From Raillietiella orientalis (lineage: Eukaryota), in the NCBI GenBank assembly GCA_036172245.1, contig JAYWIR010000002.1:6200001-6264000 (forward strand): DNA of 64,000 nucleotides, written 5' to 3'. Every line of letters starts with the position of its first letter. Positions within the stretch are counted from its first letter, which is position 1. Shown here one piece after another: positions 34,691-48,379 of the stretch. The position numbers and the translations under genes were made by a program. Below the pieces are notes generated by a model, which was given only the letters and a program-made list of their open reading frames with translations, searched no databases and was not told where the DNA came from.

Positions 34691-34731
<41 letters not shown>
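34691..34731. repeat. (AC)20 microsatellite
   Basis: Directly visible. Confidence 0.97.
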
Positions 34732-34735
<4 letters not shown>

Positions 34736-35315
34736 ACCACCATGTATATCGATTATCGTGTAAAGTTGAACAGTTTCAAGCAAAATTTAAAAAATCTGAG
34801 AGTACAACCATATATGCACCCGTGTGAAATTTTAGTTTACGAAAGGGTTATGCATGTTTTTATTTGTGTTCTTGAAAAACTGTATTGAAACCTTAAATGC
34901 TAGTGTTGCTGCATATGGCCGGTAATTTTTTGGTGAATTCGAAGAAAGGATAAAAAAAATGGCATCGTGGATATGCCGTTTTTCATTTTTCAGGTTTTTC
35001 ACTATTGTGTAAACAGATAAATGGAATGGGTTTCTAAAGCAAATACTAATTTTTTATTCCGTGAAGTGATACGAAACATTTAGGAATGCTTGTCATTAAA
35101 GTATGTGATTTCTTTAACCTCCTTGTATTTGGGCATTGCTTTGTCAATATCCAGAAGCATTAATTCTGATGAAAATTTTATATCTTCTTATTGTATACTC
35201 CAGTATCAAACATAAAGATGGATTGAACATGTTAGTTTCTAAAAACATGAGATGCATGCGATAATTTCTTTGGTTGCAGTATTTTTTTCTCTTTAAAATG
35301 CAAAGTTTGATATCG

Positions 35316-36629
35316 ATTTTCAATCACCTTGATTTGTATTTATGTTTAATTGTGGGTAATACCTGAAGTACAAACATGTTTTAAAATCTCTTTCTTATGT
35401 TCAAGAAAAATTAAGATTTGTGGTATTCAAGTAATTAAGTCTTAGTTATGGATGGCAGCAAATGAAAGCATAAATGGAAGCAAGGTTTAATCATCAGTAA
35501 ACTGGTAGATTTTTATTTTACAAATCAAGTAAATTTTTATAATCAGATTTACACTTTAGAGCTCTTTAATTAATTTTTAACATCCTTTCAATTTTTCATA
35601 GAGTTTCTAACCTGACTTTACTCCTTAATAGAACAGCAGTGATATGCAAAAATCAGAATATGAAGTGTAAAAAACAGGGATTATATGGTGGGATATTTAT
35701 TGCAGGAGTTTTGATTCTTCTAGAAATAACATAAATGTTCTCTCATGATAAGCCTATGTTGATGTTTTTATTTTCTGAATTGCAGAGCATGTATCATCAC
35801 AATTACTTAAAAATATAAGCAGGATTGGTAATTTCTGTTTTGTTGAAAAAAAATGCTTGTTTGAGAGAACTGTAAGATGTGAGAGTGCATTTGTGTCCAA
35901 ATGCTAACTAATGTCATTCATTTTAAGTTACCTAATGCCAGGCAGATTTAATCCAGATTCTCATCTACTTAACATTAAGAAACAAATTCCATGACTGTGC
36001 TCATCTAGTTTGATTTGTTTTTGATCTTCCACACCCTCTGTGAATAGGGATTTATGATTATGCTACTTGAATACAGGTCCATTGTATGCTTTTTCAAGTA
36101 GGCAACAAAAAAGAGTATAAACTGATGAGTATTATGGTTTGTTTAGCTATTGCTGTTATTTAAGCAAAAAGTGAGCAGGGCATTATAAGACATGAAATTC
36201 ATTGTTTACTTAAAAGCAATCTTGATTACTGAAAATTTATGTAAAGTGATCTGTTACTACTTAATTGTAGATGTAACAGTGATTAATAGGGATAATGAAT
36301 GCTTGCATGTTGTCAGCACATAATGTGGAATAAAGAGCTGGTGATCAAAAAGGTTTTTACAATTCATGGGAAGTTTTTGCTGCTTTCTTTACATAATTTG
36401 CAGATAAAAGATAGTCAGTTTGAAAAAGATTGAAGATTAAACAAAGAATATTTGTGAATTAACAAGAATTTTAGTCTACTCCTTTTAAATTTAACCAGAG
36501 GCCATCTAGGTATAAACATCTAACATCTAGATGTAAACAAACAATCTATAATTGCATATTTTCAGATTGGAATGTAAATTCATAGCCTTGTTGCATGTGT
36601 AATGTTGATTTCAAGTTATGAAACTCTCC
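35316..36629. other. AT-rich block in which I find no CpG dinucleotide and no coding exon
   Basis: Read base by base: no CG between the CG at 35314 and the CG at 36630, while TG, CA and GC are common. Confidence 0.7.
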
Positions 36630-39600
36630 CGTAATTGCTGAGAATAGTACTTCTTTACAGTGTACCATGAATTCATTCATTAATCAGTTTTGTTGTTGAA
36701 CATGTGCTGTGTTGAAAAACAAATCATGTGTTCTCAAGTATTAGGAGGCGTGATGGCATGGCCCTGTGTTTATCACGAGAGTGTCAGGATCATTATTTGG
36801 GTTTTGATTGAAATGTCGCATGAAACTGTAGAGAACCTTTTTGCATGGACCGTTGAACGTGTAAGCAAGGAAAACTGCTTGAAGCATGCTCAGAATATGA
36901 AGTAGCAGGGAAGGTGCATTTGCGTAAAACAACGAATTGTTTGTGATGTTTTCACCTCGGCCATGCGTTGGTATATTGCCGTACGAGCGCATTCGTGTGT
37001 ACATTTGCCTCCATTTGGTTGTGTGGGATCGTTGCCACCCTCGTTTTCACTCGAAGAAGCCTTTCAGTTTCGAATAAAGCAGCAGAGTTTGCGATTGAGC
37101 GTTTACACGAGAAGTCAGTTGTAATATGCAAAATCACAGTAGCACACGCAGCACAATCGTATTGAATTCCTCAAAGACGTGGAGGCGGAACTGTAGAGCC
37201 CTGAGGTTTCCTTTGAGGCAAGTCGGAGGAAATTTCGGATGTTTCTTGTGTGTCCCCAAGCCGAAGTATTTGTTGTTGTGGTTACTCGTTGATGATGACG
37301 GCTGGCGCAGTTTCTCGTTAGAAAGAAAAAAAAGAAAAGGATAAAGTGCAACTTGTAGAGAATGGTTGAAAACCATGCTTCGAATGAGAATTCGTTGTAT
37401 TTATAACTTGTACCGATTCTCGTACTCTGCTTCATAAACGGTTCTCGGCTTTGAATCCAAGTTTCTCATTCGTAAACAGATGCTGTACGGATCCAGAAGA
37501 GCAGTCTTCGAGGGGATGAGATTTTTGCAATGGAAAACGTCAGTTTTCCTGTAAGGTATACATCGAGATCCAGCGTTTTCTTGAATTAGAATTCGCCTGC
37601 CTTTTTCGGCATTTCTTTCTCTTGTTTTCAGAAAAATCCGGTGTGTTTACAGTCATAGAGGCATTGTTTTTCTTATTAAAGCATTGATGTTTATTAGAGT
37701 TTATTTCATACGAACTGTGTTGAACTTGTATATCATTAATGTACACACATGTATACTCTGCAATATGTTAGTCAAAAGCACATTTACTCTGTAGCGTGCT
37801 TTTTAACCAAAGGTGAATTTGTGGTTGCTAATTTGTGTTAATGGAGATTGTGTTTGAATCGTTCGTATGTGTACAAAACATTAGGTGTACACGTGTTTAC
37901 TGTTCATGTGAGAATCCTGAATTCATGTGTTACGTACCTGGGGAGATAGGTGTTCCAGTGTAGATAATTTCAGATGTTATTAAGAAATATATATCCTGAT
38001 TGTGTTGGCAAGGAATGTGAACCTAATAAATTAATTGTATGATTTGATAATTCCATATTGTTGGTTACATAGCAGTAGTGAAAACAAATCGGCAAAGATT
38101 ACATGTGTTCTTATCGCATTGCATTCCCTGGAGTCTGGTGAGACCACGAGTTGCGTGTGACATAAAGATTTCAGAATTATTTTCTCAGAGCACATAAATG
38201 ATGCTTTTTTATCCAGAATTCAAAGTTTCAAGGATAGTATTCCATCCCCAGTAGATACGACTTTCATGTTAATCGAAATACTAACATTACCCTGGCAATT
38301 TACACGTGGTGCATGGGTTTATTTCCAGAAGAAAAAGAGAATTTTTTAGGACCTATTATTTTCCAAAATTGAAGCGCGTAATTTGCAGCTAATAGTAAAT
38401 AGGCTATGGGATTTAGAATGTTCAGTAAAGTGACTGAAGCGACTGCATAGCGTTCCAAGCCAATTCTAGAAATCAGGAATTTTTTCACGTGTGCGCGCGC
38501 ACGCACACATGCACAGGAAGAAAAAGGAAAAAAAAAAAAAAGAAAAAGGAAACACGTCTATCACTTTTATGGGCGCAAAGGTGTAAAACAAGAAGAAAAA
38601 AGAAGCGACAAGAAAGATATTCAAAAATTGCAGAAATCGCTATGACTGACCCCCAACGTCGTGAAACCGTCCAACTTTTTCGACCGGTGACGATAGAAAG
38701 ATTCAGTGAAGCTGAATGGAAGCAAAAATGAGCCATCAGTCCAAGCGGAATCGTAGTATCGGGATGACGTAGTAAAAATGTACCTGAGAATTCCAATGAT
38801 GAAATGATTCAGGTGTGTGAGCGAACTTGTTCCAGATTATGCTCAAGCCATCATCACAGGAGCTGGCTTTTCTTCTCATTGGTGAAGGAAAAGAATGAAA
38901 TTCATTACAACACTAAGCATAAGGTGTAACAAGCAATTTCAAAGCAGGCCGTAAAATCATTATAGGTTAGACAAGTAGATTAACTTGAACACCAAGGAAG
39001 TAACGGTAACATATATTTTATTGGTGTGTTAAAACTTGGCTCATTGGTACAACTGCATCAGGTTTACAGACGGTTCTCTGGTCGACGTTTTTTACTTCAC
39101 AGGGACTCCTCTCGGTCCACATAACGAAAGAAAGCAAGGGAAAGAGAGAGAGAGAGAGAGAGAGACGGGAACGGTTTGCATCCAGGGTTGAGATTTTCGC
39201 CACTAAAAAGTAGGGAACGAAATAAGAAATCAGAACTCAAAAGTTCACGCGGATCAGCTAGCCGAGGTTTTTCTCAAAAAACTGTGTGCATTCGTTTTAC
39301 CATGTCAGAGGCTGATTTCCCACCACAGATGGAAAAACGCCACATTAGCACGTGCATGAAAACATGCATTTTTACTTCCTCTTCTTCTTTTTTTTTTGTT
39401 TTTTATTTTCGTGCGTATAAAAAAAGGTGTGGTGGTTCATGACCGCAACAAAATAAATAAATAAATAAATGGAAGGACTGTTTGAGACGGGTGCTTGTGC
39501 GTTTGCAGCGAATCTTTGCTGCGGTTTATCTCGATATGCAAGACGAATGCTGCATTTGACGTGATATATCCGATTACGATAATTTAGAGCTGCGAGCTGT

Positions 39601-40117
39601 CGAAGCAGTGAACTTCACAACTGTCTCACCTTACGCTCTCCCTCCTACCTTTCGTGGCTGCACAATCATCTGATCACCTTACACGCTACCGGATAGACGT
39701 AAACGAGCGAGGTCCCGATCTTTATTGATGGTCATGTGGCAGAAACCCGAGACTTGAAAGTTTCTTGCTGATTTTCAAGTTTCTGATTTTCACCATCTCG
39801 AAAGCATTAAGGTTTGCAAATTTTTGGACGCGATTTTCTTCATTTCCTTTATTCCCTGAAGATGAAGCATTGCTGTGTGCGCTTGTGCTCGGGCGAGTCA
39901 TGCAAATTGGATTTCCTGGTTCCGGGTTTCTGCGTGGGTGTGTGTTTTTGTTTCAACTTTTTTTCTTCAAAATTTGCTCCGCTGAGCGTGATTAGCTGTC
40001 CCTTATTTAATTTCATAGTGATGTGCGCAACGCCGAACCGTCAGTTCAGGTATTGCAGAACCACAGGAGGATTTTTTTTTTTCTTCTCTCTCTCTCTTTT
40101 CTTTCTTTCCATCTCAG

Positions 40118-40141
40118 ATGATTGTGGTATTACTCGTTGAG
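40118..40141 (+). CDS. Putative distal first coding exon of LARP4 (MIVVLLVE)
   Basis: Preceded by a clean 68-nt intron (cag|gtattg at 40050, long pyrimidine tract, ctcag| at 40117). The peptide resembles the MLLFVE N-terminus of human LARP4. The donor gttcca is weak. Confidence 0.38.
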
Positions 40142-41520
40142 GTTCCATCGAGCACAAAATTCATTTTCATTCTGAATTTTTCAAATTCATACTCGGATGT
40201 GTATTCAGATGTACCTTCAGATGTACCGTTTTTTTTTTTTTTTTCTTTTTTATTGATTTTAGGTTCTATAATCGAGCGTTGTGTAATGTTCTACCTTTAT
40301 TATGTGTAGTTTCTAAATGTAATGGACCGAATGCTGATTCATGCACGAAGTAGGCAATGAAGCTGCACTTGCAGCGTGTACGGTTCCAGAGGATTTTTGA
40401 AGAAGCATTTCCTTTCGTTGCAAATGTGACAGTAGTTCCAAGTCACGTTTGATAAATTATTTACTGAATTGAGCAATTTGCACACGTACCAGATAGTTTG
40501 AGAAGGAAAAAAAAAAAAAAAAAATTCGATATCATACAAGATTTTGTGAGCGTACCGTTTGGTAACCATTCCCCTCTGAAGATCAGCATCTCCCTCTCTT
40601 CTCTTGAGTACTCGGAGCACTCAAGTGAATCGTTTGCGAGTGTATAAAGTGAAATAGAAGTAAAAAAAAAAAATACATCAACACGTAATGACACTGCTTT
40701 CTCGTAACATTACGAAGGCCTGCAGGAGCATCGAGAACTCCAGTGGTGCTGTCTTTTCCTATTCGAATTCCGTGGAAGTGTATTTGCGTTTATTTACCTA
40801 CTTATTGTTAGGTTCATAGTGTTTCTTTTAGCTTTCTCAAGGTTTCCTCCCCCTCCCCCCATTCCTGAAAGACGCCTTCGATTTGTGTTCTTGTACGGCC
40901 GCGCTAAGAGAGGGCAAAGAGTGTGAAAATGTGCAGCGAAGAAAAGACCTCAGCACGAAACGCATTGCAACCCACCATTTCAGCAAGGACCAATTCTTTT
41001 GGGCATTCCCGAACGTTAGCTTGCGGGGACGGGCGCTCTTGGGAGTTCTCATTCGCCGACCTAGAAGTGCGCGTGGACGGTGGCCACGTCGGAAGCACCA
41101 CACGGCAACCTCACTTTGTGGTTTTCTATGCGCAGTGCACAGTGCACGTTCCGCCGCGCGCAGTAAAAGTGCTTGAAATTGTTTGAGAATGTGTAGTCGA
41201 TTCGGTTGCTTGAAAGTATTTGCAAGACGAATTATGCCAATAATAATTGCGCGGGCATCCCTCTTTATGACTGCATTTTCCTGTCGAGTTCACCACAGCA
41301 ATAAAACAGGGCTCATGCCTTCCTAGTACTGAATGCGAAAATGCACTTCAAAGGGAGGAAAAAGTAAAACGGCAACCTTAAGTAAAACTCGAGGATGTTG
41401 AAGTACGGTACGTCGATATCGTCACCGGCAGTGGGACTTTCCCGAGCCTGTGATATTTGGTCTCCCGATTCCGTTTGCCCTTTTGGCAGCACGGCGACGT
41501 TGTTCAGTCGGGAAAAAGGC

Positions 41521-42093
41521 CTATTTCTGAGGCCTTTTTTCGACTGGTGATGTAATGCAGCCGCACGGAATCACCGAATCCGCGAGGAATTCTGTAAGGC
41601 AAGCATTGCACAGTGGGAATTTTTTCGAATAGACTCCATGGGAATTCGTTTCATTTGATAAGCTTTCGGTGTGTTGTGGAAGCCGAGATTCCACGAGGCT
41701 GCAGAATTCGGCAGCGGGAAACGGGAGCAACCCTTCTGATTCGACAGCTAAAGGAGACTTGAACTTGACGTGGTCGGGCCCGCCGTCCTTTGGACGGAAA
41801 TTTCCATAAGCCATTTTCGTCAGCATGCAAAAAGATGCCGTTTCTATGTGGTTTGCGTGTGTTAAGTGCCCTGCAGTTTTCAGAAGGACGAACTCGGGAG
41901 TTGGTTTGTGCATTTTGATCCACGGAACTCTAACGTGATTAGGCACATTCAGTCGAAAATTCAGACGACGGATGGTTGTGGTGTGGTTGTAGTCGTTCCA
42001 ACGTGAGGTCCAGCTCGGCCAAAAGCCCAATGGGTAGCCAGCGTGCCAGTCCCTGCTGATCTCTGTAAAATCCAGCGACCTTCTGTGGTAACC
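41521..42093 (-). CDS. Unassigned 190-codon open frame, possibly a terminal exon antisense within the LARP4 upstream region
   Basis: An aatttcctag| acceptor is followed by GYHRRSLDFTEISRDWHAGYPLGFWPSW...EKRPQK*. It overlaps a second open frame of about 175 codons (41939-42466) in moderate-GC DNA. Confidence 0.25.
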   Translation of the reverse strand, partial: GYHRRSLDFTEISRDWHAGYPLGFWPSWTSRWNDYNHTTTIRRLNFRLNVPNHVRVPWIKMHKPTPEFVLLKTAGHLTHANHIETASFCMLTKMAYGNFRPKDGGPDHVKFKSPLAVESEGLLPFPAAEFCSLVESRLPQHTESLSNETNSHGVYSKKFPLCNACLTEFLADSVIPCGCITSPVEKRPQK

Positions 42094-45000
42094 CTAGGAA
42101 ATTTCGAAAGCCCTCGATTTGCCAACTTTGAAGTTTCTGCCGTAGAGAAGCCGCGTAATGAACATTCCAGAACATCGAAAGTTTGTTTGAAATAGGAGAA
42201 TGATTCACTGTAATAAAAAAGACTGCAGCCTTCCTATTATTTGAATTCTTGATCACGAAAGAAATTGTTTGTAATGTGCGTGTAGGTAAGCTTGTTTGCT
42301 CGATGTGCCTGGAAGTATTTCCAATCCCGAAGGTATTTGGTGTATCTGTGTAATGGTATGACACTGCTGGTATGCAATCACCGAAACACGTGCTGTAGTT
42401 CCAGTGGTTGATTTTTGAAGTTGATTTAGGAGGTTCTGTGATTCCACGGTGAGCATTGTCATCACACTAACTTGCAGATTCGAATAGTAGGAGTAGGGGG
42501 AGAGGGGGGGGGGGGGTGGACAGCCAAATGCACAAGCGTACCTTGCAGAATCGACAGGAAGGAATCCATGCGAATTTTGGCCCTGCGTTTGAACGGCAGT
42601 CGCTTTGTCCGTACGCTTCTTTCTCGCGTCTCACACGTTTTACCACCTTATCAAAACATTACCGTTTGCTGAAGCCGGGCAGGGGTCCTTTCTTTTTTTG
42701 CGGCCACCGCATTTGCCCTGCCGCTTCCACACTGTACCACCACCCCGTTCCTTCCTTCCTTCCTTCCTTTTTCTTTCTTTTCATTAGCACACACTTCCCT
42801 GTTGTGCGAGCCTTCTTCTTCCGTGAGCCTGAGCGAGTTTCCGAACCGTGCGTGGGAGCACAACCGAGGTCCGGCCGCGGCGCGTTGTTCGTACGTGAAC
42901 ACCGTGCAGTTTCGTGTAGAGCGGGGCCGACATTGGTACACTTTGGCTTCGCAACACGGACTGAGTGCAGGCTCCCGACGAGGCACGTCTAGGCGCGCGT
43001 GCAACAATGTGGGGGGGAGGTGTCGTGACCTCGGGGGAGGCGTTCTGGGGTGTTCGCTGCACAGGCCGGCTACCCCCCTCCGCTCGAACACTCCCCGGGA
43101 TCGGCGGTTTTCCTTCCACTTTGACGGAGACGTGGCTTGACGTGGACCAAGCGACTGTTCCTGTTTTCCTTCCTCTGAGGAAATGTTCGGTTGGTCCCGA
43201 GTGTCGGGCGAAGGATCCAGGCGGTGCAAGCAATGCTGGTGCGGTCGCGAAACACCGTGTCGCCGAACGTGCAGCACTGCAAGCAAAATAAGAAAACGAA
43301 CAGAGAGGGGGGGGGGGAGAGCGAGAAACACCAACAACAGAAAACAAAAATGAGTTGCATTTCATTCTCACAACTTTGCACCGAATGGTAGCGTTGTGTT
43401 TTCGTCTCTGGGAGTGCTCTAAACATTTTCATTGATATTCTATTGCCCGTTCGAGTGAACTCTTAACCGTACTCCAGATTTATACTTCCTTAAGTCAGTT
43501 GTTTTCTAGAGTCTGCTGCTCCTTTATTGTTTTATCGTTCCAGAGTAAGTAATAGATCGTTATTATGTCATGCTGATTTTAAATTGAAATGAATGCTATT
43601 TTATTATCAAGTTCATTGCTCTGCATGTGCCTGCATCCTGATGGCAGCATAGCCAGATCCGCAAGAAATTCGTGGTATCATGCAATTAAAGATCATTTCC
43701 TTCTCTGCTGTTTCCATGCAGCCCAAAGAATCGTTGGCTTGCAGGTCCTGTCGAAACCAAATTTTTGTTGTGTGTCTGTGCACAACTCCCCCCCCCCCCC
43801 CCATTCCCAAACACTTGATGAGTTTTGGCACCCTTACAGAGTTTGTTATCAAGTACTACCAAATATAGCCTGTAAATCACACCATTCAAAATGATAAGCA
43901 ACTAATGTGCAGCTCATTCGAACCATTTATGACACGCGTGTTTTCAAAATTTCGAAACCAGGTCCCGTGTTCATCCGGGGTTCTTGTGGCATGAACTTCC
44001 TTTCTGCTTTATTTTCAAATCCAGACCATTGGCGTAAGTAATAATTGATGCGGTTCAATTCGTACGAAGCGGAAGATGGAAAGTGTATCATCCCGAAAAA
44101 TAAAGTCAAATTACACGTTGCTCGCTCGTAACTTGTATTATCTTTTTTGATTTATGGGGATAAGTGATCTTAATTTATGTGGTTGGTTACTGCATCTCGT
44201 GCCAAACCCGGAAAGGTCATTTGTGGATTCGTACGACTTCAAGTGTACGAACACGGGAAAGCAGTGGTTGGTCTCCACTTTTCACATGGTTCGGAATGCA
44301 CTTCTGGAATCGACGACTTTTTAAAAAAAATTTGTTCTTACGTTTCGCAGTTGTTGGATTTTTGTGAATGTCAGCTGTTGCGCGGAACACAGAGGTCGAG
44401 CGATGTTGGCCGTGTAAACCACAGAGTCGTGGAAACTTTCGTTTTGTTTCATCAACTCCGGTAACCTTCAGCTTTCCAACGGTTCCCTCAAAAGCTGAAG
44501 TGGCTTTTCTCTCCTGAGCACGGCACTTTTTCCTTCGGGTAGTTGAACGCGGACACTGACCACTTCGCAGGAAGGAAACCTTTGTAGATCCGGCGCGGAC
44601 GAACTAACAAAAGTTTTAGCATTCGGCCACTCGTTTGAGAATTATCGAAATTATCCTGTAATGTAGGAATGCTGTAATTCTTTGTATTTCTTCACAAGTG
44701 ATCGTTCTGCCCCGTAGTGGTATAACGAAAAAACTTACACGAGTGTTTGTAGTGCATGTGATTTGGAAATCTCATTTGAACATGGTAGAAGTCAGTTTTT
44801 ACGAACCGTCCGTTTGAAGCAAGCAGTCGGATTGCCCAGAAGAAAGCCAGCTGTTTCTGTAGCGTTGCCGAGCTTATCACATAATTTGGATACTTCTGGA
44901 AGCTGTGCCGAAACCTAGGCAATGTCATAATTTGAAATTTTCATTCATTTGTCACGTCTGCCGTACGCACACCTTGCGTTCGCTTTCAGGATTTTCCTTG

Positions 45001-46774
45001 CAAAGGAGGTATTTTTTTTTTTTTTTTTTTTTTACTCTTGTGACCAAAGACACTATCAGTTCATCCAATGTGCTTAATGTGATCTCAGCTGGATAAGTAG
45101 TTGTTATCTGTAAAACACGAAAGAGTTTAAACCGCATTGATTGAGCTCATGTCAATCTGCTCGATGGTGTGCTTTTCTGATGTTTCGAGTGATGTAATAG
45201 TTTGCTTATCAGTTCGAAAATTTCTTGCTTAAAAGTTTCTGCTCAAAGTTTTCATCCTTTGATTTAGCATTAAGGAAATTTCTGGCGGCGGAAATGTGTG
45301 TTTCATTTAGCGTTTTTAATGCACAGTCGCGATTCATCCGGCGGAATTTTTGGATGAAGTTGTAATGCTCGGCGCATGTGATAGAATAGGTAAAAAAAAA
45401 AAAAAAATCTCTATTCATGTTTGATTCACAACCATTATTTGTGTGCTTTGTGCAGATAAGAAAGTGTGTTTGCGGTAAAACGTGGAGATACTTTGCTTAC
45501 TGTAAGGAAGGATAGGAGTTTTAAACAGTGGTGTGCCTTCGGTGTGAATTCAATTGGTCACATCTTGAGGAGAAACACGCAGATCATTGAAGAGGTGAAT
45601 TACCTTCCTCCTCTAAGAAAAACAATCAACCTCAACATGGAATTTGAACATAAATAATTTCTCGCCTTCAATCTGGCCATGGATTCCAAACACCCGAAGT
45701 GAAGTGTTCCCGCATACACGTTCAGATAATTTTTCTTGTAATTTAAAATTAACTCTTCAAGTATTTCTCTTCAGGGTCGGTGTGATTTATGGTTGGCGGA
45801 AATAGAAAATTTCGGGAAAAATCGTGCGTGTATGTATGTATGTATATGCATGTGTGTGTGTCTGCCTACGTGTATGTATGTACATGGATTTTTCTTTTTT
45901 TTTAAAAAAGCAAACAAACAAACTGATTTTGCCAATCCGACAGGTATGGTGAATCAAACAACAAAAACTGTCGTCAGTCTGTACCAAAAGAGGAAAGGCG
46001 ATGCATTTTTGTGAATGCTGAATAGTCGGAGCAATCCGAATTCACATCTGAATCTTTCGAATACGTTCTCTCCAGTGCAGGGCTCTCGAAAATTCGTTTT
46101 ACGTATCGATGAACTGGCGATCCTTTTTTTTTTTTTTTTTTTTCTTTTGCATATTACTCTTGTTGATTATGGATTAAAGTAATGATGTTGAAGCGAAGGC
46201 AGAGTCCTCGCGAAGTTTTCCAATAGTTACTCATTAAAAGTTTCTAATTGGGGAGTATTCTATTGTAATACTACTGTTTAAGCAGGGAAAGTGACCAGCT
46301 TATCTTTACTTCTAGGGTGCAGAGTCGTTAGCTGATCTTTGGATTCGCTTCGTTGGATTTTTCTGCCCACATCAGTTTGTTTCCGTTTAATAAGTGGCCC
46401 TTCGTTGTCCCAGCGCAGAAGCAGTTTGTTTTCCCGACCTGCGCATCCATGAAAGCTGCTTTCGTGTAAAAAGTTCTTGATGAAAATTACTAATCTGCGA
46501 TGCGAACATTTGCCTCACTTGCAGTCGTCATAGAAACCTCACGTCGTCTCGAGAAGGAAAAATTCACAAAACACATTTTTGTGCCAGGATTCACACACAC
46601 ACACACACGCACACTACGCACATGAGAGTGTAGATCGCATCGAGAGACACCGGTTGTGTTCGATGAAATCTTTCAGCTTTGAACTCCATCGGATGAAAAC
46701 TTTCGCATCTTTCTTAACTCTCAGAAGTGTTCGCTTCTTTACATTCGTCCTCACGGTGCTCCTTTTCCCCCCCG

Positions 46775-46860
46775 TTTTTTTTTTTTTTTTTTTTTTTTCT
46801 CCTTCTTCTTCTTCTTCCTCTTCTTCCTCTTCTTCCTCCTCCTTCTCCTCCTCTTCTTCT
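46775..46860. repeat. Poly-T plus (TCT/TCC)n polypyrimidine tract
   Basis: Directly visible. Confidence 0.9.
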
Positions 46861-48342
46861 CCTGCTCCCTTTTCTTCCCTTCTTTTTCGTTTTTTCTGCT
46901 TCCAATAACATCTTGTCGGTGTGCCATCTTTAAGCAATCGATCCATAGCACCCACGCAAATGCGCTCTGCAACGTTTTCCAGTGTATTTGGTTTGTATTT
47001 TATTGTTAGCCATTCACCACAGGCCATTCAACAGGTACTCGTATTATGCAGTACCAGCTGACCTCTTGTGCATAAGTGTGTTGTGGTCTTGTGAATTACG
47101 TTTATTGAATAGCTACTACGATCCGACCTCGATCGAAAAGCCCTTTCTCGCCCAGTTCGCTGACACGCGGCCGCAGTTGATCAAACATATGTTTGAAGTC
47201 TTGGCGATTAAGAGCAATCGGCGATCGGTTTATTCGGTAAAAAGGAAATCCGATGTCGTATCATCAGCGAAAGTGTCCAGTCAGTTTTAAGAAATCGTCG
47301 TCTGCTTTCAAATTTGGCTCGGTCACTTTTTGTGGATCGCAATCATGCCTGGATTCGAATAGTGTGTATATGTGTACTGCGTTTAGCCCCAGGTGTTTCA
47401 TTTTGCAAAAGGTAAGAAAATTGAGAAAATGCAACATGTTTGGCAGCGGATATCGTCTCCGTGATAAGGATAAGACGCGATAATCCGGCGTTTGCTTTCT
47501 GCATGCGAAAACAAGTTTTTTTTTTTTTTTTCTGTGCCCCCCCCCCCTTCCTTCCTCTTCCCTCCCTCCCCCCCCAACCTCACACACGTCTTGTCCACTT
47601 TGGAAGGCGCTGAAAGCTGTTTTGTGTGTCATGTCAACTTGAATCCAAAAATTTGGCGTCGAGTTTTTCGCAATAGAATCGAAGGAGTGAAAACAAGCAC
47701 CGGACGAACAGTCGATAGGACCAGTTTGTGTAGTAGAATTCTATGGCAACTCCTCCGTGACCCTTTGATGTGTTCTCGTTTCGTAGGGAATCAATAATTT
47801 ATTCGTAACCAAATATACTGCCGGAAAACTTATTCGTAACCCATAGCAGGGTGAAGGAAATGATCGTTTCTTCCGTGGATGCAGTGTCTCACACTGCCTT
47901 AATGGAATGCGTGATTTCTTGCCGATACCAAGTCTCTCCTGCGCATACCAAATCCAACAGGTGTACGCCTGGTTGCACCTTTTTCGTGACGTATGTCAAC
48001 CACATGATTGAGAATGATATTTGCCACATCCTCCTCAACATTTATTGTCTTCGAAAGTATAACTTAGACATGAGTGTTGCCCGGCAGAGAACGAAAATGT
48101 AACTGAAAACAAGCAGCAGCATTCCGCAAGTCATTTCGCAGAGCAAGAAGAGGCTCCCGAACTGTTTCGGCAGATTATTTAAGATCTGAGTAACTGGAAT
48201 CTTTGGCAAAATGTTCAGATTAGTCAAGTCTGGAACACATTGTGAAATTTCCTGCATTGCAAAATATGTCATACACGTGTACGAAAGCAATCATAGGCGT
48301 GCGTGTAAAGGCAGCATAGGCTCCACAATCTATCTACCTATC

Positions 48343-48379
<37 letters not shown>

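Noticed and set aside
36121..36235. Box C/D snoRNA (TGATGA ... CTGA)
   Set aside because: Imperfect box C context, weak terminal stem and no recognisable rRNA guide.
37931..37950. U1 snRNA-like 5' sequence (tacgtacctggggagata)
   Set aside because: Short gapped match, with no U1 stem-loops or Sm site following.
47636..47656. NLNPKIW resembling the LARP4 PAM2w motif LNPNAKVW
   Set aside because: Two residues short and lacks convincing flanking splice sites.
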